Below are positions 27,846 to 38,349 of a stretch of 64,000 nucleotides of DNA, piece by piece. The stretch is from Myxococcota bacterium (GTDB taxonomy: Bacteria; Myxococcota_A; UBA796; CAJQPC01). The position numbers were made by a program, and so were the translations under genes. The stretch covers positions 32,001 through 96,000 of the forward strand of contig JAZAMN010000020.1 of assembly GCA_036229005.1 (NCBI GenBank), given 5' to 3'. The first letter of the stretch is position 1, and each line of letters opens with the position of its first letter. The notes under the pieces were generated by a model. The model was not told where the DNA came from and searched no databases. It saw only the letters and a list, made by a program, of their open reading frames with translations.

Positions 27846-28196
27846 ATGCAGCGGGTGGTGGTGAGAAACCTGCAGACCGGCGCGGTCCTGGCCACCTCGG
27901 CCCTGCACGCCACCGGCTTCTTCGAGCGCATGCGCGGTCTGCTCGGGCGCGCCCCACTCCAGCCCGGCCAGGGCATGGTGATCGAGCCCTGCAACAGCGT
28001 GCACACCTGGTTCATGGGCTACGCCCTGGACCTGCTCTTCCTGGACCGTGATCGCCGCGTGCTGCGGGTCATCCCGGCCCTGCCCCCCTGGCGCATGAGC
28101 CCCATCGTCCGCGGCGCCCACAGCGTCATCGAGCTACCCGCCGACGCCAGCTTGGGTACCCTTGCTGGCCATCCCCTGGCCCTGGAGCCCCAATGA
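27846..28196 (+). CDS. DUF192 family protein
   Basis: ERMRGLLGR, CNSVHTWFMGYALDLLFLD, VIELP. Confidence 0.85.
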   Translation: MQRVVVRNLQTGAVLATSALHATGFFERMRGLLGRAPLQPGQGMVIEPCNSVHTWFMGYALDLLFLDRDRRVLRVIPALPPWRMSPIVRGAHSVIELPADASLGTLAGHPLALEPQ

Positions 28197-29995
28197 ACCG
28201 CCTCCGCATCCTGGAAGGCCCCCGCGCCGGGGAGCTCATCCCTCTGCGCGAAGGCGACCAGATCGCCGGCCGGGTGCCCGAGGTCGAGATCCACCTCCCC
28301 AGCCGCCGGGTCAGCCGAAAGCACGCCAGCTTCAGCGTCGAGCCCGACGGTCGCTGCATCCTGCGCGATCTGGGCAGCGCCAACGGCGTGCTCGTCAACG
28401 GCCACCCCATGGAGGCCTGCGAGCTCGTCCACGGCACCCACATCCAGATCGGCGACGCCCTCATGGTCTACGAGGACCAGGAGGAGGAGCAGACCCAGGA
28501 CCCCGCGGGCGACTTCGGCCCACCCCCTGACCCCTTCGGCGGCCCCCCACCCTCTGCATTCGGCGGCCCCAGCGAGGACACCGGTGCCCACCTCGGCGAG
28601 CCCATCGGCGAGCCCACCCGGCTGCCCGGCGACATGCAGCCCCCGCCCGGCCCCGCGCCGGAGCTGGAGCCCGCCATGGGACCGCCGCCCGGCCTGGGCG
28701 CCCCCACCGGCGGCGGCTTCGGCGCCCCCGGCGGCGGCTTCGGCGCCCCCAGCGGCGCGCCGCCCCAGGGCGGCTTCGGCGGCCCCGTCGCCGCCGGCCC
28801 CATCGCCAGCGGCCCGCAGGCGGATGCGGAGCCAGGCAGCAGCACCTCGCCGGCGGGCGGCAGCGCTGGCGGTTTGAGCAGCAAGATTCCGTTCATGGGT
28901 AGGGTCGTTGGCCTCTTCATGCTGCTGGGCCTCGTCCTCCTCTGCGGCCCCATCGGTGGCTTCATCTCCCTGGCCAAGGGCGGCGCTGACGCGCTGGAGC
29001 AGATGAGCGTGGAGCGCGGCGTGGCCATCGCCCAGGGGGTCGGGCACCGCAACGCCGCGTCCCTGGCGGCCCGCGGCCTCGACTACGAGCTGGCCAGCTT
29101 CGAGCGCCTGAACGAGGTCGGCAAAGTCCTGCTCCTGGGCAGCGACGGCTCCGTGGTCGCCCCCATCAACCAGGCCAGCAAGTCGCTGGCCGACGACGAG
29201 CTCTTCAAGACCGCCAAGAAGGAGCGCCGGGAGGCCACCCAGCCCGGCGAGGGCGGCCTGACCCGCATCATCGTGCCCGTGCGCGGCGCGCCCAATGCCG
29301 AGGGCTCCACGTCGGACGCCCCCAAGGTCGTCGTCGGCTACGCCTACATCGAGTACGACGCCGCCACCGCCGCGGCCGCCGTCGCCAGCCCCATGACCCG
29401 CCTCGCCGCCAGCCTGCTCTTCCTGGCCCTGGTGCTGGGCGGCGCCGTCGGCGGCGTGTTCGTGTTCGCCGAGCGCCCCCTGCGGCAGCTCCGGGACGAA
29501 GCCGAGCTCGCCATCTCCGGGCACAACGAGCAGCTCCAGGCCCCCGTCAAGTGGGGCGCCCTGGAGGACCTCACCCACACCCTGAACCGCGCCCTCGCGC
29601 GCGCCGCGGGCCGCCCCGATCCCAGCCCCGCCCCGGCGGCCGAGCCCGTGGTGCAGACCGTGGTCGAGAAGGTCGTCGAGCCCGACGCCCGCGTCGACAC
29701 CCTGCTGGCCGCCTGCACCTTCCCCGTCATCCTCCTGGACGCCGAGGGCCGCGTGGCCCAGGCCAACGACTGGGGACAGCACCTGCTGGGGCGCCCCCTG
29801 GCCGAGCTGCAGGGGCAGGCACTCCTCGACCTTGTCGCCGGCGTCCCCCGAGATAGGCTGGACGCCATGTGGCAGGGAATCTCCCAGGGCCAGGCCCCCG
29901 TGCTCGCGGACGACATCGACTTCGGTGAAGGCCCCCGCAGCGCGACCCTGGCCGCCGGTCCCGGCCTGTCCCACGCCATCCTGGTGGTCCTGTGA
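28193..29995 (+). CDS. FHA-domain membrane protein with Pro/Gly linker, two TM segments and C-terminal PAS-like region
   Basis: AGR...VSRKHA...DLGSANGVLVNG; PVILLDAEGRVAQAN. Confidence 0.8.
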   Translation: MNRLRILEGPRAGELIPLREGDQIAGRVPEVEIHLPSRRVSRKHASFSVEPDGRCILRDLGSANGVLVNGHPMEACELVHGTHIQIGDALMVYEDQEEEQTQDPAGDFGPPPDPFGGPPPSAFGGPSEDTGAHLGEPIGEPTRLPGDMQPPPGPAPELEPAMGPPPGLGAPTGGGFGAPGGGFGAPSGAPPQGGFGGPVAAGPIASGPQADAEPGSSTSPAGGSAGGLSSKIPFMGRVVGLFMLLGLVLLCGPIGGFISLAKGGADALEQMSVERGVAIAQGVGHRNAASLAARGLDYELASFERLNEVGKVLLLGSDGSVVAPINQASKSLADDELFKTAKKERREATQPGEGGLTRIIVPVRGAPNAEGSTSDAPKVVVGYAYIEYDAATAAAAVASPMTRLAASLLFLALVLGGAVGGVFVFAERPLRQLRDEAELAISGHNEQLQAPVKWGALEDLTHTLNRALARAAGRPDPSPAPAAEPVVQTVVEKVVEPDARVDTLLAACTFPVILLDAEGRVAQANDWGQHLLGRPLAELQGQALLDLVAGVPRDRLDAMWQGISQGQAPVLADDIDFGEGPRSATLAAGPGLSHAILVVL

Positions 29996-30918
29996 ACGCC
30001 ATCCCCCAGCTCGTCTGCACCGCCGGTCCCCTGCAGGGGCACCGCGCCAACGTGACCGAAGCCGGCCTCCGCCTCGGGCGGGACCCAAGCTGCGAGATCC
30101 ACATCCAGGACCCCGACGTCTCGCGTTCCCACGCGCGGGTGATCCTGCACAACTCCGCGGTGTGGGTGCAGGACGCGGGCTCCCGCAACGGCGTGTTCGT
30201 CAACGACAAGCGCGTGGTGGACAACAAGTCCATCGGCCCCGGCGACCGCGTCAGCATCGGCCCCCACCACTTCGTGCTCGAGCTGCTGGACGTCCAGGCG
30301 GACGACCCCAGCGTCAGCGTGCGCCTGGACAGCCTGGAGGAGCCCGAGCGGCGCTTCAAGCTCTGGCCCTTCGCCCTGGTCCTGGTCATCCTGGTCGGCG
30401 GCATCGGCCTGATCTCCATGGCTGGCCAGGACGGCCCCTCCGTCCAGGACCAGGTGGATCCGGGCGCCTACAGCCTGACCGCGGCCCTCAAGCCCCAGGA
30501 GACCGAGGGCGCCGGCGGTACCACCCCGGCCCGCGACCCCGAGGCCGGAGACCCCCGCGACGCCTGGCCGGATCCCCCCGAGGGCGCCACCCTCACCGAG
30601 CTGGTCGAGCAGGGCCACGCCGCCTACCAGGCGGGCCGGCTGCAGGACGCCCTGGCGCAGTACCAGATGGCCCTCAAGCTGGACGAGAGCTGCGAGATCT
30701 GCGAAGCGCGCATCCCCCGCATCGAGGGCGAGATCGCCGCGCAGGTCAAGGAGAACTTCGACTCCGGGCTGCGCTACTACAACAGCCTCAAGTACCGCGA
30801 GGCGATCAACGCCTGGGAGACGGTGCTGCTGTTGGAGCCGGACCCGACGGCGCCCATCCACAAGCAGACCGTGGAGTACCTGGCGCAGGCCCGCGAGAAG
30901 CAGGCGGGACAGTTCTGA
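29992..30918 (+). CDS. FHA-domain, single-TM, TPR protein
   Basis: LGRDP...VSRSHA...DAGSRNGVFVN; TM; TPR-like C-terminus. Confidence 0.85.
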   Translation: MNAIPQLVCTAGPLQGHRANVTEAGLRLGRDPSCEIHIQDPDVSRSHARVILHNSAVWVQDAGSRNGVFVNDKRVVDNKSIGPGDRVSIGPHHFVLELLDVQADDPSVSVRLDSLEEPERRFKLWPFALVLVILVGGIGLISMAGQDGPSVQDQVDPGAYSLTAALKPQETEGAGGTTPARDPEAGDPRDAWPDPPEGATLTELVEQGHAAYQAGRLQDALAQYQMALKLDESCEICEARIPRIEGEIAAQVKENFDSGLRYYNSLKYREAINAWETVLLLEPDPTAPIHKQTVEYLAQAREKQAGQF

Positions 30919-30932
30919 GATAGAGTCGGCCC

Positions 30933-33074
30933 ATGCAGGTTGGGCTGGAGCTCGTGATCAGGCGGGACGGACACCCGGACGAGCGTGTCGTCCTGGAGTC
31001 CGGAGTGATGGTGTTGGGCCGCGCGGAGGACGTCGACCTCTGCCTGCCGGACATCGGCGTGTCCCGGCGCCACGCGCGCCTGGTCGTAGACACCCAGGGC
31101 GTCACCTACGAAGACCTCGGCAGCGGCAACGGCTCCTGGTTCATGGGCAAGCGCGTGCGCACCCAGACGGTGGTCGCCGGCGATGAGATCGTCATCGAGC
31201 CCTTCCACCTCCACTTCGTGGAGGCGCGCCCCGTGGGCGGCATGCCCCTGGCCCCCGTCGCCACGGACCCGGGCATGGTCACCGCCTCTCTGGTGGTGCT
31301 CAGCGGCACGCGCCCCACGCCCGGCAGCCGGATCGAGATCCCCCTGGACGGCCTGAACATCGGGCGCAGCGAGCGCGAGGACCTGACCCTGGCCGACGCC
31401 AGCGCCAGCCGCCACCACGCGGAGATCCGGCGCGTGGGCCTGGACCACCACCTGCGAGACCCCGGCTCGGCCAACGGCGTGTTCGTCAACGGCAAGCGCA
31501 TCAGCGAGCACCTGCTCCAGGACGGCGACCTGCTGCGCATCGGCGACACCGAGCTGCGCTTTGAGGCCCTGGGGCGCCGCCCCGAGCCCCTGAACGTCCC
31601 CGATGAGCAGGACTACAGCGACCGCACCGAGGCCTTCGACAAGGACCTCGCCGCCAAGCTCCTGGCCGAAGAGGAGGCCGCCGCCGAAGAGGAGGCCCGC
31701 CGCCTGGAGCAGGAGCGCGCCGCCCGCCGCGAGGCCGCCCGTCACCTGCAGTCCCAGCCCACGCTCCAGCAGCCCCCCCCGGAGCCCGCGCCGGCCCCCG
31801 CTGTGGCGCCCCCTCCGCCCGCTGCTGCGCCCCCTCCGCCCCCCGCCGCTGAGCCCGGCCCCGGCGGCCTGGGGACCCCAAACCTGGGCGCGCCCGCCTT
31901 CGGTGCCCCCGGACAGGGTGGCTTCGGCGCTCCCCCCGCAGACGGCCCGGCGTTCGGCGGCGCCAGCGGCGGCCCTGGCGGCGCGAAGGCGCCCGCCCCC
32001 ACCAAGAAGGGCTCCTTCCTCTCCCGGCCCATCAACCTGATCTCCGTCGGGCTCCTGGGACTCTCCCTGGTCGCCGTGGTCGCCAAGTCCGCCATGGACA
32101 GCGCCCCCGAGGGACCGGAGGGACCCGCGGCCGTCAGCACCTCCAGCTTCACCAGCCTGGATCTGTCCGAGTCGGACGCCGCCCTGGTCGCGGAGCTGAT
32201 GGAGGACGGCATGGAGCGCTTCACCGCCGAGGACTACACCGGCGCCTCCGGCAAGTTCCTCAAGGTGCTGCAGTTGGACCCCGGCAACCCCGACGCCGAG
32301 CGCATGGGGTACATGGCCTGCGAGTTCATCGCGGTGCAGGCCCTTCAGGACGGCGTCGAGCGCCAGGCCGCCAGCGAGACCCAGCGGGCCCAGGCCAAGA
32401 CCGAGGCGCTGGCGCTGGCCGAGCAGGCGCAGCGGGGCGAGGTCCCCCTCTCCGAAGCCCAGAAGGCCGTGCGCGCCGCGCTGAACCTGAACCCCGAAGA
32501 CGCCGAGCTGGACGAGGCCGACAAGCAGCTCCGACGCCGGACAGCCCGGGTCGTGGAGGCCAAGCAGACCAAGCAGGTCGCCGGCCTGACCGAGGACCTC
32601 TCCGGCGCCTACGACAGCGCCAAGGCCTCCCTGGATGCTGGCCGCTACGCAGAGGCCGTCAGCGGCTTCCGGGCCATCCTGGCCAAGGACCCCGGCGGCC
32701 AGACCCCCTACGCCGCCAAGGCCAAGACCGGGCTCTCCCAGGCCCAGGCCAAGCAGCGCGAGCTGGCCGAGGGTCCCTACATGAAGGGCATGGAGGCCGC
32801 CGCCAGCGGAGACATGGTGGGCGCCCGCCGTCAGCTCCGGGAGGCGCTGCGCTACGACCCTGGCCACGCGGGCGCCAGCGCCAAGCTCAGCGAGATCGAC
32901 GGCGAGCTGCGCCGGGCCGCCATGGACAAGTTCCACGAGGGCAAGACCTACGAAAAGGCGAACCAGACGGACAAGGCGCTGTCTGCCTATGCAGAGTGTC
33001 AGCGGCTGTTGGGCGACCGCAGCAGCGACCTGCACAAGTCCGCCCAGGCCCGCATCGATGCCCTCCTTCAGTAG
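30933..33074 (+). CDS. Double-FHA, single-TM, TPR protein
   Basis: Two FHA motif sets (GR...SRRHA...GSGNG; GR...SRHHA...GSANG), TM, TPR-like repeats. Confidence 0.85.
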   Translation: MQVGLELVIRRDGHPDERVVLESGVMVLGRAEDVDLCLPDIGVSRRHARLVVDTQGVTYEDLGSGNGSWFMGKRVRTQTVVAGDEIVIEPFHLHFVEARPVGGMPLAPVATDPGMVTASLVVLSGTRPTPGSRIEIPLDGLNIGRSEREDLTLADASASRHHAEIRRVGLDHHLRDPGSANGVFVNGKRISEHLLQDGDLLRIGDTELRFEALGRRPEPLNVPDEQDYSDRTEAFDKDLAAKLLAEEEAAAEEEARRLEQERAARREAARHLQSQPTLQQPPPEPAPAPAVAPPPPAAAPPPPPAAEPGPGGLGTPNLGAPAFGAPGQGGFGAPPADGPAFGGASGGPGGAKAPAPTKKGSFLSRPINLISVGLLGLSLVAVVAKSAMDSAPEGPEGPAAVSTSSFTSLDLSESDAALVAELMEDGMERFTAEDYTGASGKFLKVLQLDPGNPDAERMGYMACEFIAVQALQDGVERQAASETQRAQAKTEALALAEQAQRGEVPLSEAQKAVRAALNLNPEDAELDEADKQLRRRTARVVEAKQTKQVAGLTEDLSGAYDSAKASLDAGRYAEAVSGFRAILAKDPGGQTPYAAKAKTGLSQAQAKQRELAEGPYMKGMEAAASGDMVGARRQLREALRYDPGHAGASAKLSEIDGELRRAAMDKFHEGKTYEKANQTDKALSAYAECQRLLGDRSSDLHKSAQARIDALLQ

Positions 33075-34251
33075 CGTTCTCCTCCTCACTGTCCTCGCCT
33101 GCAGGCACCAGCCCCCGCCCCCGCTCGCGCAGGTGGATGCCCAAGCGGTGCAGGACCTCCCTGCCCCCATCCAGGTCCTCCTCGCCTCCGCAGAGTCTCC
33201 GGACGCTGGCCTCCGTCGCCAGGCCCTGGCCCTGCTGATCGCCCAGGAGCCCGCCCCCGGTGGTGGCGCCTACGGTCCCCGCGCCGTCTACGACCCCAGC
33301 CCCTATGTTCAGAGGGCTGCAGCGGATGCCTTGGCCGCTCGGGGGGACGCGGAGTCCACCGCTCTACTCCGGACCCTCACGCGCCTGGACAGCGCCGATC
33401 CCTACGCCCGAGGACACGCTGGCATGCTCCTGGCCCAGGCCGGAGACACCCAGGCCCTGCCCGCCCTGCGCGCGGCGATGGACCAGGAGCGGGAGCATTG
33501 GCGGCGCCTCCCCTTGGCCCTGGCGGCGGCCGCGATGGGGGACAGCGAGGCGCTCACCGTCGTGCAGAAGGACCTCGCTCGCGGGGACCTGCCGCTGGAG
33601 CTGGACCTCTTCCGGGACCTGGGCGCCTCCGGGCTCACCGAGCTCGCCCCTGCCCTGCGCGAGGGCACCGAGATGCTCCCCCCGGACCTGGCCCTGCCCG
33701 CCGCCGCGGCGCTGATGCAGCTCGGCGACAAGCAGGGCGAGACCACCCTGCGCAACGCCCTGGCCTCCCCCGACCTGGTGGACCGCCTCTCGGCTCTGGA
33801 CGTGCTCTCCGAGCTGCCGGGCGAACACGCCAATGAGCTGCTGCGCAAGGCCGCGCGCTCCGGCCCCGAGCCCGCCCGGGTCTACGCCGCCTGCATCCTG
33901 CTCGAGCGCGGTGAGGGAGATCCCACCCAGGGCCTGGCCGCCCTGGAGCTCCAGGACCGCGAGCTCCGCGCCCAGGCCGCCTGGGGGCTCGGGGGGTACC
34001 TGAGCCAGGTCAGCTCTGGACGCATGCGCCGACGCGTGCAGCAGTCCCTGCGTGCCGCCCTCTCGGACAGCGAGCCTGTGGTCGTGGCCGCCGCCGTGGA
34101 CGCCCTCGGGCGCTCCGGAGACCCCCAGGATCGGGACTACCTGGCGCCCTTCCTGACCGCGGAGACCGAGAGCCTGCGCCTGCGCGCCGCGGGAGCCCTG
34201 CTGGCCCTCCAGAACACCTCCGCCACGGCCATGCTGCCAGCACACCCCTGA
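33058..34251 (+). CDS. HEAT-repeat lipoprotein
   Basis: VLAC lipobox; repeated DP..YVQRAAA.AL and D.E..V..AA..ALG units. Confidence 0.75.
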   Translation: MPSFSSVLLLTVLACRHQPPPPLAQVDAQAVQDLPAPIQVLLASAESPDAGLRRQALALLIAQEPAPGGGAYGPRAVYDPSPYVQRAAADALAARGDAESTALLRTLTRLDSADPYARGHAGMLLAQAGDTQALPALRAAMDQEREHWRRLPLALAAAAMGDSEALTVVQKDLARGDLPLELDLFRDLGASGLTELAPALREGTEMLPPDLALPAAAALMQLGDKQGETTLRNALASPDLVDRLSALDVLSELPGEHANELLRKAARSGPEPARVYAACILLERGEGDPTQGLAALELQDRELRAQAAWGLGGYLSQVSSGRMRRRVQQSLRAALSDSEPVVVAAAVDALGRSGDPQDRDYLAPFLTAETESLRLRAAGALLALQNTSATAMLPAHP

Positions 34252-34273
34252 CGGCCCCTCGGAGCCCGTTGCC

Positions 34274-34921
34274 CTACTCGGAGCCCAGGACCTCCCGGAC
34301 CACATCAAGCGCGGCGGCCAGCTTCTGATTGTGGTCAGCGTGGTCAGCATTGGCGGCCTTGACCACCTCCTCCGACTTGTTCAAGGAGGCCACGCCCGCC
34401 TCACCACTTCGCTTTGTCTGCGCGGTCTCCAGGCTGTCCTTCACCTGCATCAGCCCCCCGATGGTCAGCCCGCCAGCCTTGAGCTGATCTCGCGCGTCCG
34501 CCTCCAGGTTGTGGTAGCGCCGGATGATCTCCGTGTGCCCTTGATCCCGCCGGTTCTTCTCGTCCAAGAACCCCTTTGCTTTGGACTGAATCCTGGAGAG
34601 CCCCGCCTGCGAGACCGGCTGGGCCAAGCGTGCCGCAGCTTCAGCCTTCGCCTTCGCCTCCGCCGCGGCCGCCTGCTCCTCCTTCTTCTTGGCCCTGCCC
34701 GCTGCCGCTTGGGCGAGCCGCGCCTCCTCCTCCTTCGCGAACTCAGCCTCCATCTCGGCTTCGATCGAATCCGAGCCCGCACTCGCCGAAGCGCCTCCAT
34801 CCAGCGAGTCGTAGAGCGCCGCATCGGGGCTCCCGGCGGTCAGCGCATCCTTGCCAGCCTCCTCTCCCCCGCCCTGGCCGCGCTGGACCCGCTGCTTTCC
34901 CTTTCGCCCAGTCGTTCCCAC
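34274..34921 (-). CDS. Hypothetical Ala/Lys/Glu-rich coiled-coil protein
   Basis: GTG at 34921 with GGAGG RBS; no signal peptide. Confidence 0.55.
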   Translation of the reverse strand: MGTTGRKGKQRVQRGQGGGEEAGKDALTAGSPDAALYDSLDGGASASAGSDSIEAEMEAEFAKEEEARLAQAAAGRAKKKEEQAAAAEAKAKAEAAARLAQPVSQAGLSRIQSKAKGFLDEKNRRDQGHTEIIRRYHNLEADARDQLKAGGLTIGGLMQVKDSLETAQTKRSGEAGVASLNKSEEVVKAANADHADHNQKLAAALDVVREVLGSE

Positions 34922-34959
34922 AGGCCCTCCATCGCTTGTGGCGAAGCCTACCCCAACCC

Positions 34960-35733
34960 TCACTCGCCAAGCACCCAATCATCGAGCCGCCGCGAGAATC
35001 CAGGAAGGAGCTGACCTGAGAGCCGGGCGTCCGCAGGCCTTGGGCCCATCCCCCGGATGGCGTCCACCCCCACCACGCGCGACACCGGCACCCCCAAGCG
35101 AGGACACACTGCCCGCGCAAAGTCCGCCCACGTGGTCTGCTCCGCCCCGATCGCGTGGCTGACCCCCTTGGGCAGAGTGAGCAGGTGCTCCGCCAGGTCC
35201 GGCGCCCAGGTCGGCTGCACCGGCCAGCCCTCCAGCGCCTGGACAGGCCCCCGCAGCAGCAGCTCGGGCAGCCGCGACGGGAAGTTCCGGCCCCCCGGGC
35301 CATAGAGCCAGCCCGTGCGCACCACGTGCCCACCGGCGGCCAGCACCGCGTCCTCGGCGGCAGCCTTCTGCACCCCATAGGCCATCGCCGGCTCGCGGGG
35401 ATCCTGGGGCGCGTGGGGGCCCGGTCCGTCGAACACGTAGTTGGTGGACACAAGCCAGGTCTCCACCCGCGCGGCGATCCAGGCGGCCGACTCCACATTC
35501 AGCGACCACGCCCGGGGATCAACCGCGCAGGCGTCCACCTGCGTCAACGCGGCGCAGTGGATCACCGCGTCCGGACGCGTATGCGCGAGGGCGGACTCCC
35601 AGTCCTGAGGCCGGGTCACGTCCAGGCGCTCCCGAGGCAGCCCGACGGCCCCAAGCGAGCGCAGCGCGGACCCCAGCATCCCGCCCGCTCCAGACACGAG
35701 GATGCTCCGATTCGAACAGGATCCAGTTGTCAA
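34960..35733 (-). CDS. RmlD-like NAD(P)-dependent oxidoreductase
   Basis: ILVSGAGGMLG, HCAALTQVD, VSTNYVFDG, YGVQK, RTGWLYG. TTG start with GGAGG RBS. Confidence 0.85.
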   Translation of the reverse strand: MTTGSCSNRSILVSGAGGMLGSALRSLGAVGLPRERLDVTRPQDWESALAHTRPDAVIHCAALTQVDACAVDPRAWSLNVESAAWIAARVETWLVSTNYVFDGPGPHAPQDPREPAMAYGVQKAAAEDAVLAAGGHVVRTGWLYGPGGRNFPSRLPELLLRGPVQALEGWPVQPTWAPDLAEHLLTLPKGVSHAIGAEQTTWADFARAVCPRLGVPVSRVVGVDAIRGMGPRPADARLSGQLLPGFSRRLDDWVLGE

Positions 35734-35812
35734 GTCAGGGCCTCCACGCATTTTGCCTTTGACGGCCCACTCTGCGCGCCGTAGCCTGGGAACATCACGG
35801 AGGCGGAGCGTC

Positions 35813-36496
35813 TTGGCCAGCGGAATCGTCACAGGACTCGCGTTCCAAGGTCGGCTGACCGGAGCCGACGGGCGCCCCGTGACCAGCGGCTCCTACAGCC
35901 TCGCGTTCGCCCTGCACGCCGATCGCAGCACCAGCCGGACCTCCTGGACAGAAGTCCAACAGGCCATCCCCGTCGCCGCCGACGGCAGCTTCAGCGTCCT
36001 CCTGGGCAGCGTGAACCCCTTGGGCACCAAGCAGTTCAACGGGCGCGTCCGCTGGCTCTCCGTGCGCCGCATCATCAACGGGGAGCCCGAAGACGAGGTC
36101 ATGGACCGGGCCTGCGTCATGGGCACACCGCTGCAGCTCACCGAGCGCCTGCTGGCCCTCGAGAGCACCGTCAGCGCGCAGGCCGAGCTGCTGGAGAAGT
36201 ACGAGTCGGGCCCCTCCCCCAGGGCGCTGGCCCAGCAACTGGCCAGATTGGAGTCCCTGCTGGAGGGCTTCGCCCCTGGCGAGCTGGACACCCTCCGCGC
36301 CGAGCTGAGCACCCTGCGCACCGACACCCAGCGCCTGATGGAGGACGGCGGCCGCCTGGACAACATCGAGTACCGGCTGGATGACCTGGACGGCCCGGAC
36401 AGCGACATCGTCGACCTGAACGCCCGGGTGGACGCGCTGGAGGGTGCCCTGTCCGCCCCCCGCCGCGGCCGCGTCAAGAGCCTCGCGAAGGGCTGA
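35813..36496 (+). CDS. Hypothetical protein: FQGRL-type N-terminal domain plus coiled coil
   Basis: FQGRLTGADGRP...F.L......W.E......G.FSVLLG, then heptad repeats. Confidence 0.6.
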   Translation: MASGIVTGLAFQGRLTGADGRPVTSGSYSLAFALHADRSTSRTSWTEVQQAIPVAADGSFSVLLGSVNPLGTKQFNGRVRWLSVRRIINGEPEDEVMDRACVMGTPLQLTERLLALESTVSAQAELLEKYESGPSPRALAQQLARLESLLEGFAPGELDTLRAELSTLRTDTQRLMEDGGRLDNIEYRLDDLDGPDSDIVDLNARVDALEGALSAPRRGRVKSLAKG

Positions 36497-36601
36497 GCCA
36501 GAGCGCTGCCTGGGGCGCGGGGTTAACGTCTGGACGAGTGGAATCGCGGGATGCCCCCGGGCGTACGCGGGATGGACCACGCAAGGCTCGGAGGGCCGAA
36601 C

Positions 36602-38314
36602 ATGAAGCGACAGCCGGAGCTGCCCGGGTGGGCACAGGAACTGCGTCAACGCTACCTGGCGGGGGAAGCCAGCCTCTTCCTGCTGCACGGCAACGTGCGC
36701 GACCTCTACCCCTGGGAGGAGGCCGACGGCACCCTGCGCTACGTAGCCCTGCGGGAGTTCCTGGAGCGCTTCCTGAGCCGCTCCAAGGACATCGTCGCCT
36801 ACTACAACTGCTCCGAGGGCATCGAGTTCGCCGAGAAGGGCATGGCCGGCCGCTTCCGCCGCGCCGTGAACAGCAAGCGCACCCTCCAGGGCCTCGGTGA
36901 CCTCAGCACGCTCCCTCAGCTCCCCGGCGAGGTCCTCCCCCTGATGGAGAACCTGGTCACGGACAGCTCCCAGAACGCCGGCGTGGTCATCGACTACCTC
37001 GAGACCATCGTCCCTGCGGGCGATCTGAGCTTCATGTCCGACGTGGACAAGTCCAACCTGGTCTCCATGCAGCGCTGGAGCTCCGACCCCGCCCTGCTGG
37101 CCAGCGACAACCTGGTCATCCTGGTCACCGAGCAGATCACCGAAGTCCACCGCAAGGTCTTCTCCAGCGCCTCTCTGGCCGTCATCAAGATCCCCCTGCC
37201 CACCGCCGCCGAGCGCCTGCCCTTCGTGCGCCAGCAGGCCTCCCGCCGGGTCACCCTGGAGATGCCCGAGGGCGATCTCGCCAAGATCACCGCCGGCCTG
37301 TCGCTGACCAACATCCGCGGCCTCTTCCGCGTCGCCCGGCAGACCGGCGACCCCATCACCTTCAAGACCGTCGCCCGCCGCAAGAAGTCCATCATCGAGA
37401 CCGAGTGCGCGGGCCTGGTGGAGTTCGTGGACCCCGACCACGACTTCACCCACGTGGGCGGCATGGAGCGCATCAAGGTCGACCTGATGCGCATCGCCGA
37501 CAGCATCAAGAAGGGCCGCACCAACCAGGTCCCCATGGGCCTGATCTTCGTGGGCCCCATGGGCACCGGCAAGACCTACCTGGCCGAGGCCTTCGCCGGC
37601 GAGTCCGGGCTGACCTGCCTCAAGTTCAAGAACTTCCGCGACAAGTGGGTGGGCAGCACCGAAGGCAACCTGGAGAAGATCCTCCAGGTCGTCGACGCCC
37701 TGGGCTACGTCCTGCTGCTGATCGACGAGGCCGATCGCTCCCTGGGCAACAGCCCCGACGGGGACGGCGGGACCAGCTCCCGGGTGATCGCCCGCCTCAA
37801 GGAGTTCATGTCCGACACCAGCCACCGCGGCCGCGTCGTGATCGTCATGATGACCAACCGGCCGGACAAGCTGGACACCGACCTCAAGCGCCCCGGCCGC
37901 TTCGACGTCAAGATCCCCTTCTTCTTTCCCGAGGAGGCCAGTGAGCGCAAGCTCATCCTGGAGGCCCAACTCCGGAAGAAGGCCTTCCCCCTCGAACCCG
38001 ATGTGACGCTGGATCCCGTCGTCGAGGCCACCGCGGGCTACTCCGCCGCCGAGCTGGAGGCCGTGCTCCTGGCCGCTGCGGGCTTCGCCTCCCACGAGGA
38101 TCGCGAGACCCTCACCCAGGAGGATCTCAACCAGGCCGCCAGCGACACCCTGCCCAGCCGCGACACCCGCATGCTGGAGTTCATGGAGATGCTCGCCGTG
38201 TTCGAGGCCAGCGCCCGCCGCATGCTGCCGGAGCGCTACCGCGACATGCCCCTGGACGAGGTGCACCAGCGCCTGGACCAGCTCCGCCTGCTGCTGGGTC
38301 GCCGGGCCGGGTAG
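36602..38314 (+). CDS. AAA+ ATPase (degenerate N-terminal AAA-like module plus an active module)
   Basis: Walker A GPMGTGKT, Walker [22 protein letters not shown]. Confidence 0.9.
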   Translation: MKRQPELPGWAQELRQRYLAGEASLFLLHGNVRDLYPWEEADGTLRYVALREFLERFLSRSKDIVAYYNCSEGIEFAEKGMAGRFRRAVNSKRTLQGLGDLSTLPQLPGEVLPLMENLVTDSSQNAGVVIDYLETIVPAGDLSFMSDVDKSNLVSMQRWSSDPALLASDNLVILVTEQITEVHRKVFSSASLAVIKIPLPTAAERLPFVRQQASRRVTLEMPEGDLAKITAGLSLTNIRGLFRVARQTGDPITFKTVARRKKSIIETECAGLVEFVDPDHDFTHVGGMERIKVDLMRIADSIKKGRTNQVPMGLIFVGPMGTGKTYLAEAFAGESGLTCLKFKNFRDKWVGSTEGNLEKILQVVDALGYVLLLIDEADRSLGNSPDGDGGTSSRVIARLKEFMSDTSHRGRVVIVMMTNRPDKLDTDLKRPGRFDVKIPFFFPEEASERKLILEAQLRKKAFPLEPDVTLDPVVEATAGYSAAELEAVLLAAAGFASHEDRETLTQEDLNQAASDTLPSRDTRMLEFMEMLAVFEASARRMLPERYRDMPLDEVHQRLDQLRLLLGRRAG

Positions 38315-38349
38315 CGGCCCCCTGGGGCGCTCGGGGGGCCCCGCCGCGT

